The notes under the pieces were generated by a model, which was not told the DNA's origin, searched no databases, and was given only the letters and a program-made list of their open reading frames with translations. From positions 1 to 56,127 of IMG/VR virus record IMGVR_UViG_3300040856_002539: DNA of 56,127 nt. One strand, written 5' to 3'. Shown in pieces: positions 52,584 through 56,127 of this stretch. Source of the stretch: a virus. Taxonomy: Duplodnaviria; Caudoviricetes. Within the stretch, counting starts at the first letter, position 1. The number at the start of each line of letters is the position of its first letter. A program made the translations under genes and the position numbers.

Positions 52584-53601
52584 ATTCTTATTCGATTGGA
52601 TGGATCAATTCCTCTAGCTCTTTGGTAATTGGTAAGTCCAGCTGGAGTTGAAGTATGCCCGGTCACTGTACATTGCCATCTTTGGGCGTTTGTTACTTTT
52701 CCACCTTTTGTACGATTTTTATTTTTTTCTTCTTCTGTTAACCCATAAAGTCCAACACCTTTTTCGTAAGCAGTTTTTCCTCCTTTTTTCCGCCCTTCTT
52801 TCCGGCCTCACTTAATTCTTTTTTTGAAAGTGCGTGAACACCAAGACTTTTTTCGTGTGCAGATTTTCCTCCTTTTTTTCTATCTTCTGACTTTTGCTCT
52901 TTAGAACGACCATGAATTCCAACACCTTTTTCATAAGTTAATTTTCCCGCTATTTTGCCACCTTTTTTGGAATTTTCTTTTCGCTCTTCTTCTGATAACC
53001 CATGAACACCAATTCCCTTTTCATAAGTTAGTTTTCCTGCTATTTTACCCCCTTTTTTGCTATCTTTCGACATTTGCTCTTTGGAACGACCATGAATTCC
53101 AATACCTTTTTCGTAAGATGATTTTCCAGATTTCTTGCCATCTTCTGACTTTTGCTCTTTAGAACGACCATGAATTCCAACACCTTTTTCGTAAGATGAT
53201 TTTCCGCCTTTTTTGCCGGCCTTTTTTCCGATTTCAATTCTTTCTTCTTTTGTTAATGCATGAAATCCAATTCCAAGAATATGGCAGGTTTTTCCATTTT
53301 CTTTGCGCCTATTTCTTTCTTCTTCAGAACAACCAGAAACTCCTTCCCCACCATCAGTTCTGTTCAATAGAATTCCCGTTCCTAAGTCTCTTCTACCATA
53401 AAATTTAATCATGTCAATTTCATGCTGAAATGCTTCTTCTTCAGTTATATTTTCTTTTAAGAAAATTGTTCTACTTCTGTCTTTAGGAACAGGAATTCTA
53501 TTGTGTTTTACAAATGCACGGTTGCCTCTACCTTTTCCGATATAATAAGGAGTGCCATCTTTTTTGCTCAAATATGCATAAGTATAAAAATCTGATTCCA
53601 T
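52580..53601 (-). mobile_element. Free-standing GIY-YIG (Seg-like) homing endonuclease gene, frameshifted at 52783-52789
   Basis: FYTYAYL...PYYIGKG..NR...E...E...NRTDGGEG; K/G-rich repeats; the -1 frame continues the repeat and ends QRWQCTVTGHTSTPAGLTNYQRARGIDPSNRIRI*. Confidence 0.85.
52700..53285 (-). repeat. Tandem 26-30-aa repeats within the endonuclease
   Basis: About 7 copies of YEKG(V/I)G(I/V)HG.S.E.....KKGGK. Confidence 0.85.
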
Positions 53602-53701
53602 TTTGTAATTGCCAATCTTAGTTATTAATTTTAAGGGAAGAAATGAATCTCCCCACTGAAAAATCTCTAATAAGTCAAGAAATTGTATTTAACAACAAAA
53701 A

Positions 53702-53950
53702 CTACAAAGTTTCCATTCTTGCGTTCATTCCGCCAGACTTCTTGGCTTTTTGTAATATGGAATTCCAAGATGGGTGGGATTTTTGGAGTTTATCTTTCCA
53801 CTCACCGTGCTCCCCAAAACTTGCACACCCTTGAGACCAATCACGAACCCACAAAATATTCTCTTCCTTAAATTCCTCCCACTCAGAAATAGACATAGAA
53901 ACTTCTTTTTGTTCGCCAGTTTCAGTATTAATAATTGGATAGATAGGCAT
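53702..53950 (-). CDS. FmdB-like small protein of T4-like phages
   Basis: MPIYP..N.ETGE..E..MSI.EW..F...N...P.W..IL.K. Confidence 0.75.
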   Translation of the reverse strand: MPIYPIINTETGEQKEVSMSISEWEEFKEENILWVRDWSQGCASFGEHGEWKDKLQKSHPSWNSILQKAKKSGGMNARMETL

Positions 53951-54043
53951 TTTAATTTTCTAGAATAATTGATGGGACATATAGACACTCATGAAGACTA
54001 ACACATTTTGCAATATGTTTTTGGCAGTAAGATTCTATTTTTA

Positions 54044-54790
54044 TCATGGAGATATCTTTCCTTTATATAGACGAGTTTCCTCATAATACTTCCAAACATT
54101 AGGAGACCATTTGGCTAGATGATCAGCAAATTGAAGACAAAGTGCCTGAATTTCGAGCTGAGCATCTAGTTTGGATCTCATATCCAAAAAGTGAAGAACA
54201 GACCTAAGATTGAATGATACTACAAAGTTTTGGCGAATAGCTTGAGGTAGATAATCTCTTATGTGCTCTTCGGCCATTCCTTGATTATAATAATAAGCGT
54301 ATTCTTCGCACTCACTCAAAATACGACTCAATTTACGCTGACGATGTTCCTCTTCCCATACATATTTTTTGCCCTGACGATTGGTATAAAATCCAACTGG
54401 ACGAACATAAAAAACATCTTCAATGTCAATTTCTTCATTTGCCACCTTAAGAATTCTTTTTCCTGTATAGCGACTAGATTGACAATCCCAAGAATTACCA
54501 ATACGATGTGTTCGTCCCTGTACCATTACGCTGTGTACATAACCAGAAACAGAAAAAGTAATGGATGGATGTTCTAGTGGTCCAAAATGAGAAGATTTGA
54601 GAAGAGTGTCAACAACCCATTTACCACAATCACTAGGAGAAGGAATTTCCCGTTCGTGAATAGGGGTTTCGGAATAATCACATTTTGCTGCTTGCCAGAT
54701 TACTTGTTCTGGGATGGGATATGATTGTAATTTTACAACTTGAAGTCGGTTGTCAAGTTCAAGAAGATCTTTTGCTTTAATTGGCTTCAT
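54044..54790 (-). CDS. thyX: FAD-dependent thymidylate synthase
   Basis: HFGPLEH..ITF...RTHR...QSSRY...RDYLP...NLRS.LHFLDMR...AQLEI. Confidence 0.92.
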   Translation of the reverse strand: MKPIKAKDLLELDNRLQVVKLQSYPIPEQVIWQAAKCDYSETPIHEREIPSPSDCGKWVVDTLLKSSHFGPLEHPSITFSVSGYVHSVMVQGRTHRIGNSWDCQSSRYTGKRILKVANEEIDIEDVFYVRPVGFYTNRQGKKYVWEEEHRQRKLSRILSECEEYAYYYNQGMAEEHIRDYLPQAIRQNFVVSFNLRSVLHFLDMRSKLDAQLEIQALCLQFADHLAKWSPNVWKYYEETRLYKGKISP

Positions 54791-54975
54791 ACATCAGACT
54801 CCCAATTTTCCTTTTCTTGTTTACGCAGTTTCTTAAGTTCCTTCATCATTCCTTTAATTTCTTGATATGCTGTTTCTGGAGACATCTTATCGCCAATCTC
54901 CAGACCAACAACATACTGCACTTTATCTCCAAAACGAGCAAGTGCTCTTTCAAATGCTGTCAATTCTTCGTACAT
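54787..54975 (-). CDS. Cyanophage hypothetical protein
   Basis: FERALARFGDKV....GLE...K.SPE.AYQEIK. Confidence 0.8.
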   Translation of the reverse strand: MYEELTAFERALARFGDKVQYVVGLEIGDKMSPETAYQEIKGMMKELKKLRKQEKENWESDV

Positions 54976-55154
54976 TATGGTTCCTCATAATAATCTGGTT
55001 CATAAGTATCTATTTTCTTTCTCTCTGTCTCGAATAGATCTTGTAAACTTATGACATTGCTTTTTTCTTCTGGAGTTTCTGTAATTTCAAGTTTGAGAGA
55101 TTCAATCAGAAGTTCCATATTTCTGATGATTAGTTTTATCTTTTCTGGATTCAT
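54975..55154 (-). CDS. Cyanophage hypothetical protein (59 aa)
   Basis: MNPEKIKLIIRNMELLIESLKLEI...YEPDYYEEP; GGAG SD; translated by hand. Confidence 0.75.
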   Translation of the reverse strand: MNPEKIKLIIRNMELLIESLKLEITETPEEKSNVISLQDLFETERKKIDTYEPDYYEEP

Positions 55155-55177
55155 CGGCTCTCCACAACTGCCATACC

Positions 55178-55206
55178 ACTATACAGAAAAAAAGGAGGGA
55201 TGTCAA
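55178..55206 (-). promoter_or_regulatory. Sigma70-like promoter embedded in a terminator
   Basis: TTGACA-N17-TATAGT; the -35 box forms the terminator loop. Confidence 0.7.
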
Positions 55207-55216
55207 CCCTCCTTTT
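55187..55216 (-). terminator. Intrinsic (possibly bidirectional) terminator
   Basis: AAAAGGAGGG-ttgacat-CCCTCCTTTTTTT. Confidence 0.85.
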
Positions 55217-55220
55217 GATC

Positions 55221-55322
55221 TTAAGCTACTTGTGGCTTCTTCGCCATATTTAATTGGGCGCTATGAAGAAGTTTTTCTTTTTTTGCCTTGTTTTTTAGAT
55301 AACGAACGAAATAAGCATTCAT
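55221..55322 (-). CDS. 33-aa basic peptide
   Basis: MNAYFVRYLKNKAKKEKLLHSAQLNMAKKPQVA; AAGGAG SD; lies between the DUF4278 gene and the terminator. Confidence 0.7.
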   Translation of the reverse strand: MNAYFVRYLKNKAKKEKLLHSAQLNMAKKPQVA

Positions 55323-55323
55323 T

Positions 55324-55461
55324 TCACTTGTTCTCCTTAACGAACTTTATTCCACGATAAGTTTCCTCATATTGTTGAGGCTGTTGCTGTTGTTGCTGTT
55401 GTTGTGCTTGGCGGCGCACTTCGGTGTCATACTCGACACCTCTATATACAACACGGCTCAT
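55324..55461 (-). CDS. DUF4278-family small protein (45 aa, two YRG motifs)
   Basis: MSRVVYRGVEYDT...polyQ...TYRGIKF; AAGGAG SD. Confidence 0.85.
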   Translation of the reverse strand: MSRVVYRGVEYDTEVRRQAQQQQQQQQPQQYEETYRGIKFVKENK

Positions 55462-55492
55462 TTGCTTTGCTCCTTTACTTGGTTTGTAAATT

Positions 55493-55543
55493 CGCGTTGC
55501 TTCTCCTCGAAGGATACTTCCGCCGGTCTTCCCGGTCAACGAT
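55493..55543 (-). ncRNA. glnA-motif (glutamine-I) riboswitch
   Basis: AUCGUUG-A-CCGG gaaga CCGG-CGGAAGUA-UCCU ucg AGGA-GAAGCAACGCG: P1 CGUUG/CAACG, P2, AGUA/GAA E-loop and P3 match the glnA aptamer architecture. Confidence 0.88.
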
Positions 55544-55549
55544 GGGATT

Positions 55550-55578
55550 ATCATACCCCACACTCCTATATATGTCAA
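55550..55578 (-). promoter_or_regulatory. Sigma70-like promoter for the riboswitch transcript
   Basis: TTGACA-N17-TATGAT; the predicted TSS coincides with the aptamer 5' end. Confidence 0.8.
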
Positions 55579-55582
55579 GAGG

Positions 55583-55596
55583 GTAGCCGTTGTTAC
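55583..55596. promoter_or_regulatory. Putative NtcA-binding site
   Basis: GTA-N8-TAC (minus strand tGTAacaacggcTAC), 4 nt upstream of the -35 box. Confidence 0.6.
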
Positions 55597-55644
55597 ATTT
55601 TTGTAGCACCTCTATACCAAATTATATTAAGATTTGTAAATAAT

Positions 55645-55974
55645 CTAACGCTGAACGAATTCCAGTTTATACCGCTCTGGCTTTAGTTGTTCGACAATAA
55701 CATCACAACCAATTTTTGGATTACAATCGCCACAAGTGAAAATATCCACAGCAGCAGTGCCATCTTCAGGCCAAGAATGGCAGCTGATATGTGACTCAGA
55801 AAGCAAACATAAGACAGTCACTCCCTGAGGATCAAATTGCTTAAAAATTGTCTGACAAACTGTGGCTCCACTTACAGCGGCAGCATTCTCCAATAAATCA
55901 ATAAGAAAATGCACATCGTTAAGATGTGCATAAGTACAACCGTAGAGATTTAAAAGATAATGCTTCCCCATCAA
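55645..55974 (-). CDS. speD: S-adenosylmethionine decarboxylase proenzyme
   Basis: GKH.LL.LYGC...F.PQGVT...LLSESHIS.H.WPE.G.AAVDIFTCG. Confidence 0.93.
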   Translation of the reverse strand: MMGKHYLLNLYGCTYAHLNDVHFLIDLLENAAAVSGATVCQTIFKQFDPQGVTVLCLLSESHISCHSWPEDGTAAVDIFTCGDCNPKIGCDVIVEQLKPERYKLEFVQR

Positions 55975-56127
55975 TCGACTGGATCCTCTTCGTATTCTTT
56001 AATTAGATTGGAGACTAGAGTTTCATTGCCATCCATTGTTTTAATTTGGTATAGTGGGGATTTCATATATTTCTTGATTTTCTTATATTTTTTAATTAAA
56101 TCCTGAACTTCGTCTTTGTAAATGACG
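55971..56127 (-). CDS. 3' end (partial) of a hypothetical protein
   Basis: ...EVQDLIKKYKKIKKYMKSPLYQIKTMDGNE...EEDPVD*. Confidence 0.7.
   Translation of the reverse strand, partial: VIYKDEVQDLIKKYKKIKKYMKSPLYQIKTMDGNETLVSNLIKEYEEDPVD

Noticed and set aside
55462-55578. Long N-terminal extension of the DUF4278 ORF (55324..55578 in the track)
   Set aside because: It runs through the promoter and riboswitch; the SD supports ATG 55461.
55603-55617. Second possible NtcA site
   Set aside because: The spacing is GTA-N9-TAC rather than N8.
1-56127. tRNA genes, introns, inteins, photosynthesis genes
   Set aside because: The GTTCGA-like matches I noticed fall inside CDSs without cloverleafs. Core genes are of normal length, and no psbA/hli motifs were seen. 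This was by eye only; tRNAscan was not run.

Overview
This window is 56 kb of a T4-like cyanophage (cyanomyovirus) genome, coded almost entirely on the minus strand. From left to right it holds four blocks. (1) 1-9.3 kb is an early/accessory region: tandem LRV/HEAT-repeat paralogs, many small ORFs, an AAA kinase, an SPFH protein, peptide deformylase, an SF2 helicase and a metalloprotease, with seven copies of a bipartite box + hairpin + TATAAT promoter. (2) 9.3-33 kb is a mosaic tail-fibre/virion-decoration region with (C/A)TAAATA late promoters and deletion scars. (3) 33-48 kb is a tail/baseplate module: gp5-, gp27-, two tape-measure-like muralytic proteins, and gp26-, tube-, gp4-, gp2-, gp48- and gp53-like genes. 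(4) 48-56 kb is a replication/metabolism block: 2OG-Fe(II) oxygenase, gp32, gp59, gp33, exonuclease, PhoH, a GIY-YIG homing endonuclease, ThyX and SpeD. The two strongest observations are a probable programmed -1 frameshift (T TTT TTC) that fuses the gp26-like gene to a start-less ORF just before the tape-measure-like genes, and a phage-borne nitrogen-sensing cassette (NtcA box + sigma70 promoter + glnA-type glutamine riboswitch + DUF4278 peptide + 33-aa basic peptide). All family assignments come from recognising motifs by eye; no database searches were run. No tRNA, rRNA or CRISPR array was seen.
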